Notes: generated by a model not told the origin, from the sequence alone. A stretch of 64,000 nucleotides of DNA from an uncultured Verrucomicrobiae bacterium (GCA_963702845.1 OY969763.1:3648001-3712000); one strand, 5' to 3'; positions 40,271 to 51,135 are shown, numbered from the stretch's first letter. A program made the numbers and translations.

Positions 40271-41245
40271 TCACACTTTCGTGCGGAAATACTCGATCGT
40301 CTTCACCAATCCCTGCGCCAACGCCACCTTCGGCTCCCATTTCAAAATCGTTTTCGCGCGCGTGATATCCGGCTTCCGCTGTTTCGGGTCATCCTGCGGC
40401 AACGGTTTGTGCACGATCTTACTCTTCGAACCAGTCGCCTTGATGATCTCTTCGGCAAACTGCAACATGGTCAACTCAGTCGGATTACCGATATTCACCG
40501 GATCATTCGTGTTGCTCATCATCAGCCGGTAAATGCCTTCGATCAGGTCGGCATAATAACAAAAACTCCGCGTCTGTTTGCCATCACCAAAAACCGTGAT
40601 CGGTTTATTCTTCAACGCCTGGCTGACAAACGCTGGCACAACTCGCCCATCGTTCACTCGCATGCGCGGTCCATACGTATTGAAAATACGAACAATTTTC
40701 GTGTTGATCCCGTGCTCGCGATGATAAGCCATCGTCAACGCTTCGGCGAACCGTTTCGATTCATCATAACAACCACGCGGCCCGATCGTGTTCACATTGC
40801 CCCAATACGTTTCTTTCTGTGGATGCTCCAGCGGGTCGCCGTAAATTTCCGAGGTTGACGCAATCAGAAAACGCGCGCCTTTGTTCATCGCGAGGCCCAG
40901 CGCCTTGTGTGTGCCCAGCGAACCAACCTTCAATGTCTGGATCGGAATTTCCAAATAATCAATCGGACTCGCCGGCGATGCAAAGTGCCAAACGTAATCA
41001 ACCGGAACATCGAGAAACAAAAACTCAGTGACGTCCTGTTCGATGAATTTGAAATCCTTGTTGCCGCCGAGATGCGCAATATTGTCGACACTGCCCGTCA
41101 CGAAATTGTCGATCGCCACCACTTTATGCCCGTGAGCGAGCAAGTAGTCACACAAATGAGAGCCAAGAAATCCCGCGCCACCGGTCACGACAGATGTGGG
41201 CTTATCGCTCTTCGTGCGTTTTAGTTTTTTGCTGTTTGCTTTCAC
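40271..41245 (-). CDS. UDP-glucuronate decarboxylase family (extended SDR)
   Basis: [52 protein letters not shown]. Confidence 0.92.
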   Translation of the reverse strand: MKANSKKLKRTKSDKPTSVVTGGAGFLGSHLCDYLLAHGHKVVAIDNFVTGSVDNIAHLGGNKDFKFIEQDVTEFLFLDVPVDYVWHFASPASPIDYLEIPIQTLKVGSLGTHKALGLAMNKGARFLIASTSEIYGDPLEHPQKETYWGNVNTIGPRGCYDESKRFAEALTMAYHREHGINTKIVRIFNTYGPRMRVNDGRVVPAFVSQALKNKPITVFGDGKQTRSFCYYADLIEGIYRLMMSNTNDPVNIGNPTELTMLQFAEEIIKATGSKSKIVHKPLPQDDPKQRKPDITRAKTILKWEPKVALAQGLVKTIEYFRTKV

Positions 41246-41280
41246 GTTCGATGTTGGACGTTGAATGTTCGACGTTCGAG
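41246..41280. repeat. Intergenic heptamer tandem repeat x5
   Basis: gttcgat gttggac gttgaat gttcgac gttcgag. Confidence 0.8.
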
Positions 41281-41333
41281 TTCCCTATTAGACATTCCCC
41301 ATTAGTCGGCAACAATCAAGTATGCGGTGAGAA

Positions 41334-42746
41334 TTACCGCGCGCCTTTGCCAAGCAATACTACCGGCACAGTGCGGCACAGAATCTTACAATCCAACCAC
41401 AGCGACCAATTATCAATGTATTCGAGGTCCAATCGCACCCATTCCCGGAAATCACACAAGTCGCTCCGCCCGCTGATTTGCCACAGGCACGTTAGCCCGG
41501 GCTTCACGCTCAAACGACGACGATGCGCCAAGTCATCAAACCGCGCCACTTCATCCACCGGCAACGGTCGCGGCCCGACCAAGCTCATCTCACCACGCAG
41601 CACGTTGAGCAACTGCGGAAACTCATCAATCGAGAACTTCCGCAACCACGTCCCGACCTTCGTCACGCGCGGATCGTTCGTCACTTTGAACACCGGCCCC
41701 GACATTTCATTGAGCGCGGCCAATTCCTGTTTGCGTTGTTCTGCGTCAGTCCCCATCGACCGAAATTTATACATCGTGAACGGCTTGCCATTCACTCCGC
41801 TACGTTGCTGCCGGAAAAAGATCGGACCCGGAGACGTCAACCTGACCGCAATCGCGGCACCAATCAGCACCGGCGAAAAAATCAAAAGCAACAGCGACGC
41901 GCCAAAGAAATCCAGCGTCTGCTTCACCAGCTTGCGCCATGGCGTCTCGCGATTCGAGTGAAACACCAACACTGGTTTGCCATAGAACTCATCCAAACTC
42001 GTCTGCGAAATCTGCGTCTTGAAAAAGTCCGCCACCAGCCACGCCTCTACGCCTTCCAACTCACATGCTTGAATCGTTTTTTCGATCGTGCCGAACAACG
42101 TGTTTTGCGCACTGATAATCACGCCATTGACCGAATGCTTGTGCAAGAAGGTCACCAGTTCGTCCAGAGGCGCTTCGTTCAAATCAAACTCTGCAACCAC
42201 ATCCAATTCGTCCGACGCTTTGCCGATCTCTTTGCGCAAACGTTGCGTGTCGCTCCTCGTGCCCACCAAAATCACACGCCGACGCATTTGCGCCTGGCCG
42301 AATTTCGTCCGATAGACGACGCGCAGCAGTTCTTCCTTCAAAGAAATCGCCACAAAGCTGATCACACCCAACATAACGACAACACCGCGCGCGACTTCGA
42401 GGTGAATCATGTAAAGCACCAGAATCAACCCGATAACGTTGACCGCGCATGCCTTGGCCAGTTGCCAAAACATTTCGCGATGCGTCCCCAGAATTGGCCG
42501 CTTATAAAACCCTTGCGCCTCCAACGCCAGCGGCGCCAGAGGAATGATCACCAGAAACAAAAGGAAATAACCCTGGAAAAACGGCTGAATCGGATCCATC
42601 AGGAAATGAACCCCACCCACCGAAACGCCCAGGCTCTTGTTGAAATGAAAACGCAGCCAATGCGCCACCCAAAGAGAGAGTGCGCAAAGTGCCCCATCCA
42701 AAAACTGCAGAATCTGGGTTCTTAACTGACGTTGACGACGTAACAT
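41334..42746 (-). CDS. Exopolysaccharide polyprenyl glycosylphosphotransferase (WcaJ/WbaP-like)
   Basis: Four N-terminal TMs; KFRSM, DPRVT, DEFPQLLNVLRGEMSLVGPRP, KPGLT, DLEYI. Confidence 0.93.
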   Translation of the reverse strand: MLRRQRQLRTQILQFLDGALCALSLWVAHWLRFHFNKSLGVSVGGVHFLMDPIQPFFQGYFLLFLVIIPLAPLALEAQGFYKRPILGTHREMFWQLAKACAVNVIGLILVLYMIHLEVARGVVVMLGVISFVAISLKEELLRVVYRTKFGQAQMRRRVILVGTRSDTQRLRKEIGKASDELDVVAEFDLNEAPLDELVTFLHKHSVNGVIISAQNTLFGTIEKTIQACELEGVEAWLVADFFKTQISQTSLDEFYGKPVLVFHSNRETPWRKLVKQTLDFFGASLLLLIFSPVLIGAAIAVRLTSPGPIFFRQQRSGVNGKPFTMYKFRSMGTDAEQRKQELAALNEMSGPVFKVTNDPRVTKVGTWLRKFSIDEFPQLLNVLRGEMSLVGPRPLPVDEVARFDDLAHRRRLSVKPGLTCLWQISGRSDLCDFREWVRLDLEYIDNWSLWLDCKILCRTVPVVLLGKGAR

Positions 42747-42867
42747 TCCTTTAAAGAGTCGCCATTATAATCGCGAATGAACATCAAAAGCAAACTTTTG
42801 GGCTCGTTTCGTGGTAGTGGTATTACTTACGTCGCAATAGGCAAGCGCGACGGAAGCAGCCGTGCTT

Positions 42868-43443
42868 TTACTCCCGTTCGCCGTACAACCATCGTTCCAT
42901 CAGCTTAGTGTAATGCGGCATAATGACATACGTCATCAACCAGCAGATCGCGATCGTGCCCACGAGCGTCGACAATAAGCGAAGTTCCCCAAGTCCGACC
43001 AACCGCATCGCCGGATTTACGGCCATCGGCACCAAAAAAACCAACGGATAAATTGCAGTGCACGTCAGCAAAAACTGCTTCCATTTTGCCGGCACTCTCA
43101 CCTTGTCGTTCGATGGAGTGAACCAAAAATCCAATCCGCTCCGGATTGCATAATTGTCATCGTGCGACATCCAGGGCCGCGCCTTTTCAATCAAGCGCCG
43201 CCGATCGGCTGACTCAATCCAATTGCGAAGATTGTCGATCGTATCGAAGCGAATGACGAACGTGTATGCTCTCGTCACTCCGGCGATCGGTCGAATGACT
43301 TGCGAATCGAGAAATCCGACATACGACCGGCAAATCGGCTGAATCTCTTTTAGCCAATTTTCGTAATCTTCGGTGTGACCGTGCCGCACGTGGGCGGTGA
43401 TAACAGCCGTTGCGCCGTTGAATTTGTCGCTGGGATTGCTCAC
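42868..43443 (-). CDS. ABM (antibiotic biosynthesis monooxygenase-fold) membrane protein
   Basis: F.....L..W..S..R, GLDFWF, P.KWKQ.L, two C-terminal TMs. Confidence 0.8.
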   Translation of the reverse strand: MSNPSDKFNGATAVITAHVRHGHTEDYENWLKEIQPICRSYVGFLDSQVIRPIAGVTRAYTFVIRFDTIDNLRNWIESADRRRLIEKARPWMSHDDNYAIRSGLDFWFTPSNDKVRVPAKWKQFLLTCTAIYPLVFLVPMAVNPAMRLVGLGELRLLSTLVGTIAICWLMTYVIMPHYTKLMERWLYGERE

Positions 43444-43463
43444 TTATCGTTTTTTATCCAATA

Positions 43464-44888
43464 CTACTGCAATATTTTCCCCGGCGGAATTTTCTGCAAC
43501 AACCCGTGCATTTCAGCAACTGTGCTCGCGAACTTCGGGTCCTTGGCAAGATTGTGATATTCCTTCGGATCATTTTTTTGATCGTAAAGCTCTTTGCCTT
43601 CAACACCGTTATCTCCCCATTCGCTGTAGCGATATTTTTCGGTGCGAACAGAGTGGGCCATCAAATCATGACCGTTTTTGCGCGCATTGCGATGGGTCTG
43701 CGTGTAAGCGGGTAAATTCCATTTCGCTTTCGGATCTTGCAACAGCGGCCGCAGCGTCGTGCCTTCCAGATTGCTCGGCGGCGTCAGACCGCACAAGTCA
43801 GCTAAGGTCGGATACAAATCAAGCAACTCGACGGGTTGGAAGCACGGCTGCCCATTCCCTTTCGCGCCAGGCCAGCGAACCATGCAAACAACGCGCGCGG
43901 ATTCCTCGAAGAGCAATTGCTTCTGCCATTGCCCGTGTTCGCCCAGGCACCAGCCGTGATCGCTCCACACCACCACGATCGTATTCTCGTCGAGGCCATT
44001 TTTATGAAGCGCGTCGAGGACTTTTCCAAATTGCGCATCGACGAAACTGGTCGCCGCAAAATAAGCGCGCTTGAACTCGCGCAATTTTTCCGAGGGCAAT
44101 CCGAAGTTCGGCGGATTCACGGTCAGCGCGACCGGCGGGATGCCTTTCATGTGGTCTGGTTCTTTGGGCAACTGAATCTCGTCCATCGGATACATATCGA
44201 ACCATTTCTTGATGGCGATATCGGGAACGTGCGGACGATAAAAACCGCAGCCGATAAAGAACGGCTTGCCCTTGTTCTCCTCGATCATCTTGATCGTTTC
44301 GGACGCGACTTTGCCGTCGGTTTGGTCTTCGTCGCCGCCGCGCTTCATCTGCATCCAGCAAAGCGTGCCGCCCTTGTTTTTATTGGCGACCGTCATGATG
44401 ACTTCGTTTTCATCCTCGCGATCGAGTCCGCTCGGATTCACGACTCGGTTCCAGGACGGCGGATCATCGATGCCGCTGGTGCCAATTTGTCCAGGCACAC
44501 CGTAGTGATACATTTTGCCGACGCGCCCGGAGAAATAGCCGTTGGTCCGGAACATCAGCGGCAACGTGACGATGTTTGGATAATAATGGCGGATCGGCGT
44601 GCTCATGCTGTTGCCGTATAGCTTGGTCGTGTCCGGGCGCAACCCGGTCATGATCGAACAGCGGCTCGGGCCGCAGAGCGGGAATTGGCAGTAGGCTCGA
44701 TCGAATCGCACAGCCGTCTGCGCGAACTTATCGAGGTTCGGTGATTTGACCTGTTTATTGCCATAGCAACCCAGACAACAGGTCAGGTCATCAATGGCAA
44801 TGAACAGAACGTTAGTATGCGTGGATGCGGTCGCAACTTGTGCGAACACACAAAGCGCCGTCAAACAGAGCAGCAGTTTAGTTTTCAT
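43464..44888 (-). CDS. Sulfatase, iduronate-2-sulfatase-like
   Basis: NVLFIAIDDL, CGPSRCSIMTG, GFYRPHVP, WSDHG. Confidence 0.92.
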   Translation of the reverse strand: MKTKLLLCLTALCVFAQVATASTHTNVLFIAIDDLTCCLGCYGNKQVKSPNLDKFAQTAVRFDRAYCQFPLCGPSRCSIMTGLRPDTTKLYGNSMSTPIRHYYPNIVTLPLMFRTNGYFSGRVGKMYHYGVPGQIGTSGIDDPPSWNRVVNPSGLDREDENEVIMTVANKNKGGTLCWMQMKRGGDEDQTDGKVASETIKMIEENKGKPFFIGCGFYRPHVPDIAIKKWFDMYPMDEIQLPKEPDHMKGIPPVALTVNPPNFGLPSEKLREFKRAYFAATSFVDAQFGKVLDALHKNGLDENTIVVVWSDHGWCLGEHGQWQKQLLFEESARVVCMVRWPGAKGNGQPCFQPVELLDLYPTLADLCGLTPPSNLEGTTLRPLLQDPKAKWNLPAYTQTHRNARKNGHDLMAHSVRTEKYRYSEWGDNGVEGKELYDQKNDPKEYHNLAKDPKFASTVAEMHGLLQKIPPGKILQ

Positions 44889-44902
44889 AGAGGGGTGGTT
44901 GG

Positions 44903-46393
44903 TTAATCAACATCTTCGTCGAGTTTGACCGATGCCGATTGCACCGGGCGTTTCTTTTTATTCGGCCGTGTGACCTTTTGGCCGGCTTTCCAATCGGGAT
45001 TAATGGTCGGCATGACCGCGCCGACGTCTTTGCGCCATTGGTTGAGTTGCGCCTGAAGTTTCGCCAGTTTCTTCGGATTGGCCGAAGCGAGATCGTGCAT
45101 TTCGCCGACGTCATCTTTCAAATTGAACAGCTCAGTGCGTTGAGAATCCAACCACTCGATCAACTTCCAATCACCAACTCGAATCGCACTGCCGGGCTGA
45201 CCGCCCTGATTGCCGTAATGTGGGTAATGCCAGAACAATGGCCGACTCGCGATGGAGCGGCCTTTGAGCAACGGAGTCAGATCAATACCGTCGCGATGTT
45301 GTTGCGGAAGTTTCGGCGCACTTGCCGCAGTGAGCAGCGTTGGATAAAAATCCATGGTGATGACCGGCGTGTTGCATTGCGAATTGGCTTTCGTCACCCC
45401 CGGCCATTTTACGAGCAGCGCTTCGCGAATGCCGCCTTCGTAGAGCCAACCTTTCCCCGCGCGGTATGGGAAATTGGATGTCGGACCGTTCTTGCCGGTG
45501 GATAAACCGCCGTTGTCACTGGTGAGAATTATCAGCGTGTTTTTGTCGAGGCCAAGTTGCTCGAGTTTCTTCAAGACGCGGCCGACACTGTCATCCAAGC
45601 TCTCAACCATCGCCCCATAAACGGCATGGTTCTGGACGCGACGATCGACGGTCTTTGCTTCCTTACGCCATTCAACCGAATCCGCCGGCGCCAATTTCGC
45701 AGCCTTCACTTCATATTTTTTGACCATGTCCTGCTTCGCTTGCAAGGGTGTGTGGACGGCATAGGTGCAGAAATTCAAATAGAACGGATGATCTTTATTC
45801 GCATCGATGAACTTCTCACACTCGGTCGCGAGCCGGTCGGTGAGATATTCGCCGACAGGTCCATCTGGCAGAGTTTCAATTTTATAGGGGCTGAAATACG
45901 ACGGAGGATGTCCCTTGGCGCAACCGCCGACATTGACGTCGAAGCCTTGTTGCTCGGGCATGAAACCTTCGCCACCGAGATGCCATTTGCCAATGTGGCA
46001 GGTGACGTAGCCGGCTTTCTTGAGCGACTCGGCGATGGTGACTTCTTCCAATGCGAGATGGTTCGCGTTCGGCGCGGGCAACAATCGAGCTTTCGCGGAG
46101 CCGCCAATGTAGTCGGTGATGCCCGTGCGTGGCGGATACTTGCCGGTCATCAGCGCGGCGCGTGTTGGCGAACAAACCGGGCACGCTGCGTAGGCTTGAT
46201 TGAAACGCATCGACTGGGTCGCGAGTCGATCAATGTTCGGTGTCTGGTAAAACGTGCTGCCGGTGTAACCGAGATCACAAACGCCGAGGTCATCGGCAAG
46301 AATGACAATGATATTCGGCTTGGACTCAGCAGCCCGGACCTGCGCCATTGCTGCAACGATGCAAAAGGCAATGAGCAGGGATTTTGATTTCAT
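44903..46393 (-). CDS. Sulfatase
   Basis: KPNIIVILADDLG, CSPTRAALMTG, GKWHLG, TSDNGG, FWHYPHY. Confidence 0.93.
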   Translation of the reverse strand: MKSKSLLIAFCIVAAMAQVRAAESKPNIIVILADDLGVCDLGYTGSTFYQTPNIDRLATQSMRFNQAYAACPVCSPTRAALMTGKYPPRTGITDYIGGSAKARLLPAPNANHLALEEVTIAESLKKAGYVTCHIGKWHLGGEGFMPEQQGFDVNVGGCAKGHPPSYFSPYKIETLPDGPVGEYLTDRLATECEKFIDANKDHPFYLNFCTYAVHTPLQAKQDMVKKYEVKAAKLAPADSVEWRKEAKTVDRRVQNHAVYGAMVESLDDSVGRVLKKLEQLGLDKNTLIILTSDNGGLSTGKNGPTSNFPYRAGKGWLYEGGIREALLVKWPGVTKANSQCNTPVITMDFYPTLLTAASAPKLPQQHRDGIDLTPLLKGRSIASRPLFWHYPHYGNQGGQPGSAIRVGDWKLIEWLDSQRTELFNLKDDVGEMHDLASANPKKLAKLQAQLNQWRKDVGAVMPTINPDWKAGQKVTRPNKKKRPVQSASVKLDEDVD

Positions 46394-46443
46394 GGTTGCG
46401 GGTTGCGGTTGGCCAATAATTACAGATCACAGATTACAAAAGA

Positions 46444-47148
46444 TCATTTAACGGCGGCGCTTTCTTTCGGACGATTTGCTGCGATCTCGGTTTTCACTTC
46501 TGAAAGGTCTTTTTCGAAATCAGGCAGCTTGTGCAACTCGGCGACTATCGCCTGCGCGAGGACACGTCCGGCGACGACGTCGGTGTAGAAGTGTTTACCA
46601 ATGAGGACGCGATCCCAGCCAATGTCGCGGCCCATTTGGAGAACGGCTTCTTTTTTGTCGGGGAAGAGTTCGGCGAGGAGCAGCGCTGTGACGGTGCCGC
46701 GAACGGAGTGGCCGCTCGGGTAACTTTTGCTTGGTTCCGGTTTGCCAAGGGAGAGCGCGGGGTCAATCTGGTATGGGCGCAACCGGCCGAAGTTGTCTTT
46801 CGGCGTGTTGATCGTGGTGGAAATGTTGGTCTTCACGCATGCGAACAGCGTTTCCATTTTCGGGAATTTGCCTTTCTTGAAGAACGGGCCGATGACTGGC
46901 TCGAAATTCCAGAGTGAGAGGTTTGCGTCATGCTGGGCTCGTTTCAGTTCGGCATCGGTGCGGGCATGGAAGACGGCGCGGGATTCGGCCAAATCGGCTT
47001 TGTGCTCCGGCGTGCCGGGGACTGGAGGCGGAGCCAATAAGTGAATTCCGTCGGGATGGTTGGCGGGCAGAATGAAATCAGCGCGGGCTGCAACAGCAGC
47101 GACGAAGGTGGCCGTGACGATAGTTGTAAATCTAAAAAAACAATTCAT
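46444..47148 (-). CDS. PAP2-family (class A) acid phosphatase
   Basis: K....R.RP, SYPSGH, R...G.H...DV..G; signal peptide. Confidence 0.9.
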   Translation of the reverse strand: MNCFFRFTTIVTATFVAAVAARADFILPANHPDGIHLLAPPPVPGTPEHKADLAESRAVFHARTDAELKRAQHDANLSLWNFEPVIGPFFKKGKFPKMETLFACVKTNISTTINTPKDNFGRLRPYQIDPALSLGKPEPSKSYPSGHSVRGTVTALLLAELFPDKKEAVLQMGRDIGWDRVLIGKHFYTDVVAGRVLAQAIVAELHKLPDFEKDLSEVKTEIAANRPKESAAVK

Positions 47149-47316
47149 TAGCTTTGAGGTCGTATTGTAATGCTGTTTATGGAGACGCACGCAATGAATT
47201 TTGGTTTCAGGTTTTTGAAACGAGCGTCGATCTGACCCGTAGCGAAGGTTTGCGATGGGTTTGCTGAGACCGATCACGCCGAGGACGACCAATTTTGTTG
47301 ATAAATAAGTGCCCGA

Positions 47317-47940
47317 CTAACCCGAGGAAATCCGGTAGGCCACGCTGACGCTCACTACCACGGAAATGATGCTCATGAGCGGAAATTCTCCATACATCAG
47401 ATACAACGTGCCGACGACGGAAATAAGAGCGATGGCGCCCGTAATGAAACCCAATGTCGATTCCGTACCGCGCGCCAACAGCTTCGCGAGATATCCAGTC
47501 ATGGCACCAATCCCAACACCAAGTAATGGGAATCGAAAACCTACCAGGGCAAAGAATCCATACATGGCACCACTGCCGATAGCCGCACCAATCAACGCTC
47601 CTGCAATCCCGCGTCCGAGACTAAACTCAGTGCTGCTGCTGCTTGTCGGCGGAGCCTGTTTGATTGCCGACGCTACAGGGTCCGTGATCAGCGCCGCGGT
47701 CGCAACTGGCGGAGCCGCCGCCGGGGCTGGCGCTGCAACGGGTGCCATCCGCAATCTGGTGACTGGCGCTGACGGTGGAGCTTGCGCTGCCAAAGTTTGT
47801 GAAAGGATCTGGTTTGCGACGGGTGTGCCATCGATGCCACAAACCGGACAGGCAATGGCGGTTGCCATCTGGCCGTTGACTGGCTCCACGTCGAACTCGT
47901 ATTTCTGACCACAACCACACTGTATTTTTACGGGTATCAT
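47317..47940 (-). CDS. Hypothetical zinc-ribbon membrane protein
   Basis: CGCG...CPVC N-terminus, P/A linker, Gly-rich TMs. Confidence 0.75.
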   Translation of the reverse strand: MIPVKIQCGCGQKYEFDVEPVNGQMATAIACPVCGIDGTPVANQILSQTLAAQAPPSAPVTRLRMAPVAAPAPAAAPPVATAALITDPVASAIKQAPPTSSSSTEFSLGRGIAGALIGAAIGSGAMYGFFALVGFRFPLLGVGIGAMTGYLAKLLARGTESTLGFITGAIALISVVGTLYLMYGEFPLMSIISVVVSVSVAYRISSG

Positions 47941-47947
47941 GGTAAAG

Positions 47948-48048
47948 CGGTGACAAGAGAATACAGAAACGATTGAAAATGCCAAGAGTCCCGATGCATC
48001 GGGATTGGCTGGAGCGCTCTGGTTACGGCCGAGTTCGCATGGTTAGGC
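47948..48048 (-). mobile_element. Degenerate left half of an attC site related to attC1
   Basis: Minus strand GTAAC-CAGAGC-GCTCCAGCCAA-[16-bp palindrome]-CTCTTGGCATTTTCAATC...TATTCTCTTGTCAC aligns with attC1 GCTCCAGCCAA...CTCTTGGCATTTCCATTC...TATTCTGTTGTCAC. Confidence 0.65.
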
Positions 48049-48050
48049 AA

Positions 48051-48851
48051 TTACTCATTTGCCGGAAGAATTTTCATTTGGGAAAGGATGGACTCAGTAA
48101 TCTTGCGAGCGGTGCGTCCAGATGGGTTATCGCCGCCTGTGATGCGGGTGGCGAAGATATAATCACCCGATGGTGTGGAGACACTCCCGACGAACCAACC
48201 GAGTGTCGCGACATCTTTGTTCGCGTCGCCAGCGGTGCCCGTCTTGCCGCGGAATATCGTCCAGCCGGTGCGCGAGAGGGTCAGGATGTCGAGCACCGTG
48301 TTCATGGCCTTATCGGAGAAGGGCAGCTTGCGAGCGTGAAGGCGGCGCAGAAATTCCACCTGCTCGTCGGGCGAAATCATCAAAGAACTCTCGAGCCAAA
48401 ATTGTGTCACGCCGCCAGTCACATCGGCGTTTCCGTAACCGACTTTTGGCAGGATTTGCTTGTAGCGTTCGAGCCCCACGCGCGTTGCCAACGCCTGAAA
48501 ATACCAGACGCAGGAAACGGAAAATGCGCTGCGCAGGGTCTGATCGTGGTTCCAGGGTTCGACAGGGTAGTGAGTGCCATTCCAAGGGAGGCTGAAATCA
48601 GGGCCGCTGGCCACGCCAGTCTCGAGAGCGATCAACGAGTTGAGCACCTTGAAAGTCGAGCAGGGCGTTGTGCGGACCCGGCATTGTTCCGGATGGAAGC
48701 GCAGCCAATGCTGGTGCACACCATCGTAGAGGACGAACGCACCTGAGTAAGAACCAAAGTTGGCCGAAAAATCGCGCTCCTCGGCAGCCGCTGCCGTGAG
48801 CGTGGAGGGGAACAGCGAAATCAACACGTAAAGAAGAAGTGTCGATTTCAC
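48051..48851 (-). CDS. Class D beta-lactamase (OXA-like)
   Basis: Signal peptide; STFK, SCV, YGN, FWL, KTG, GWFVG in class D spacing; no BlaR TM domain. Confidence 0.88.
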   Translation of the reverse strand: MKSTLLLYVLISLFPSTLTAAAAEERDFSANFGSYSGAFVLYDGVHQHWLRFHPEQCRVRTTPCSTFKVLNSLIALETGVASGPDFSLPWNGTHYPVEPWNHDQTLRSAFSVSCVWYFQALATRVGLERYKQILPKVGYGNADVTGGVTQFWLESSLMISPDEQVEFLRRLHARKLPFSDKAMNTVLDILTLSRTGWTIFRGKTGTAGDANKDVATLGWFVGSVSTPSGDYIFATRITGGDNPSGRTARKITESILSQMKILPANE

Positions 48852-48870
48852 GAGATGTATTTCAAGTGGC

Positions 48871-50481
48871 CTATTCCCAATGGCAAAGCCATCCGCGCGC
48901 GGGGATGTTGAGCGACTTTCCGTTGAGGACGACGTCGACGGGTTTGTCGTTGAAGTTTTCGACGACCCAGCCGTTTGGCTCGAATAAATATAGCGACACC
49001 ATGTCAGGGGCGTGGAAGGTCACGTTGAAGGGCGCGAGCAACTTGTCGCGAATCGGGTCGAGGTTCTGCTCGGGCTGAACCAACATATAATCGAGGCGTT
49101 CGGGAAGCGTGATCACGAGAACGTTCGCCGCATTGACGTTGACGGAATTGCCGAGCATCGATGCCAAATTGCGCGTCAGCAAGACGGGTCGGCCGGTTCG
49201 GATGTAGTCGTTTAGCTCGTCATAAATATTTACGTCGTGCATCGCGTGCAGGGTGAACAATGCGGCGGGTGCGTTCGTTGGGAATTGGTGGCACGGTACC
49301 AGCGGCAAACCGATCATCCCCATGAAATCGAAAATCCGCCATTCCGGCCCTGAGGGACTGCTGATGGGTTTGTATGCGGCGATTCCAATCGGTCGCCGCT
49401 TTTGCACTTCGCGCGACGTGGCAAGCAGTTCGGGAATATTCGTGCGCAACGCGGCCACGTCGGCCCTGCCGGTATCGGTCGGCCACGGAACGGAATCCGG
49501 CAGCTTCGTATTTGCGTCGGGATTCAAACCACCGTAGCAGAAGAGCAAACTCTCCTTTGCCCCGGCCAGAACGGTTTGTCGCGCCTGCTCAATATATGCA
49601 GGCGGCGTGGTCCCGAGCCAATCGTACCAACCGCCGCCGCATTTTTCGCCGCCAACTTCCCCAAGCCAGCGCATCAGAAAATAGCCTTCATACTGCGCCG
49701 TGCCGCCCCAGTGTTCCTGGTTCGTGTAATCGCGCGTTTCGGTGCCGACCCAAATTTTATCGAACGCTGCCGTTTCACGCGCGACATCGTATCCGCGCTC
49801 CTGATAGGCATCGTACCACTGCGGATATTTGATGATGACTTTAACGTTCGGATTAATTTTTTTGGCAGGCCCAAGCACGCGGTCCTGGGAGATATGCACC
49901 ATGAGCGTGCAATGATAATTGGTCCATGTGTTGTCGGAGAGCGGATAGGTTTTGTCGCCGACCGTTACCACCTTTGCCTTTCGCGCCGCGTCGCACTGTT
50001 CGCATTGGCAATCTTCCAGGAAAAAATCGTCGATCATGATTTCATCGAAAATCCCCGCCGCATATTCGAATACCAATTGCAGCTTCATCTGCGTCGGTTC
50101 ATCGGTGTAACAACTGGACAGCGGGCCCCACCCTGTCGACGGCTTGCCAATGTGGGTTGTCGTCACACAACCAGAAACGAGAAAGCCTTCCGAACGAAAC
50201 CGATCGCGCGCACGCGTCAGCGTATCGCGATTTGCCTGGTAGGCGTCGCGAACTGTTTCGAGATAAACATGCGTGATGCCGTTGGTCTTGCACCAACCGA
50301 CGGCATCGTTAAGGCCGTTCGAGGACGTCAGCGCATCGCGAACATCCTGGGCAATGAACAAGGTGGAGAAGCGATGGGTCGCCGCCGATTCGTTCGCGAC
50401 CTGCGACAAACTTTTCTCCGGGGTGCAACCAACTGCGACAAGGAGCGCGATGATCGAAGCGATGATGAAAAGGTTGCGCAT
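48871..50481 (-). CDS. Hypothetical lipoprotein, probable glycoside-hydrolase-like TIM barrel
   Basis: Lipobox AVGC; FDEIMIDDF, IIKYPQWY, IWVGTETRD. Confidence 0.65.
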   Translation of the reverse strand: MRNLFIIASIIALLVAVGCTPEKSLSQVANESAATHRFSTLFIAQDVRDALTSSNGLNDAVGWCKTNGITHVYLETVRDAYQANRDTLTRARDRFRSEGFLVSGCVTTTHIGKPSTGWGPLSSCYTDEPTQMKLQLVFEYAAGIFDEIMIDDFFLEDCQCEQCDAARKAKVVTVGDKTYPLSDNTWTNYHCTLMVHISQDRVLGPAKKINPNVKVIIKYPQWYDAYQERGYDVARETAAFDKIWVGTETRDYTNQEHWGGTAQYEGYFLMRWLGEVGGEKCGGGWYDWLGTTPPAYIEQARQTVLAGAKESLLFCYGGLNPDANTKLPDSVPWPTDTGRADVAALRTNIPELLATSREVQKRRPIGIAAYKPISSPSGPEWRIFDFMGMIGLPLVPCHQFPTNAPAALFTLHAMHDVNIYDELNDYIRTGRPVLLTRNLASMLGNSVNVNAANVLVITLPERLDYMLVQPEQNLDPIRDKLLAPFNVTFHAPDMVSLYLFEPNGWVVENFNDKPVDVVLNGKSLNIPARGWLCHWE

Positions 50482-50664
50482 GTCAGAGCGTTTGTCCGCC
50501 CAGTTTACTGTCGCCACCGAACCGCATTCAAGCCCTCGTTGACCAACTCTGTTGCCATTCGGTATGACGGAAGTGTCATGGAACATTCACACGCTTGTCA
50601 CGTCTGCATGGCAGCATCACGGCGTTCTGTTAATTAAAAATCAAAAATAAACTATCGCAAACCA

Positions 50665-51051
50665 ATGAACTTGAAAAAAATTACAGCCGTTATCGTCGCT
50701 CTTGGTATCTCCTTGTGCGTCACCAAATCGTTCGCCGCCGACATTATCGCCAAACCTAAATTGACCGAGGCACAAGCTGGCAAACTCGCGCTGAAAAAAG
50801 TCCCGCATGGCAAACTGGGCGAAGGCGAGCTCGAAATGGAAAACGGCATTCTCGTATATTCCTTCGACATTTCCCTGCCCGATTCCAAGAGCATCGTGGA
50901 AGTCCAGGTCAACGCTGTGACCGGTTCAATTGTCGATGTCGCCGTCGAAGGCCCGGCTGAACAGGCCAAGGAAGCCGCCGAAGATAAAAAAGCCGAAGCC
51001 GCCGAAAAGGGAGAAAAAGGTGAAAAGGCCGAAGGCAAAGAGAAAGAATAG
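50665..51051 (+). CDS. PepSY-domain protein
   Basis: Signal peptide; A..LAL..VP.G....ELE.ENG.LVY.F...EV.VNA.TG.I. Confidence 0.85.
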   Translation: MNLKKITAVIVALGISLCVTKSFAADIIAKPKLTEAQAGKLALKKVPHGKLGEGELEMENGILVYSFDISLPDSKSIVEVQVNAVTGSIVDVAVEGPAEQAKEAAEDKKAEAAEKGEKGEKAEGKEKE

Positions 51052-51099
51052 GCACGCTATTATTGCGCGAGTCTCCATCGCGCTGATCATTTATTCACG

Positions 51100-51135
51100 C
51101 CGCCCTGAGTTCACCAACTCAGGGCGGTCGTTTTT
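51100..51135 (+). terminator. Rho-independent terminator
   Basis: CCGCCCTGAGTT-CACC-AACTCAGGGCGG followed by TCGTTTTT, downstream of the PepSY gene. Confidence 0.75.

Noticed and set aside
41523..42725. Long antisense ORFs (also 7338-8408, 20309-21253, 49402-50637)
   Set aside because: Shadows of well-supported genes on the opposite strand in GC-rich DNA.
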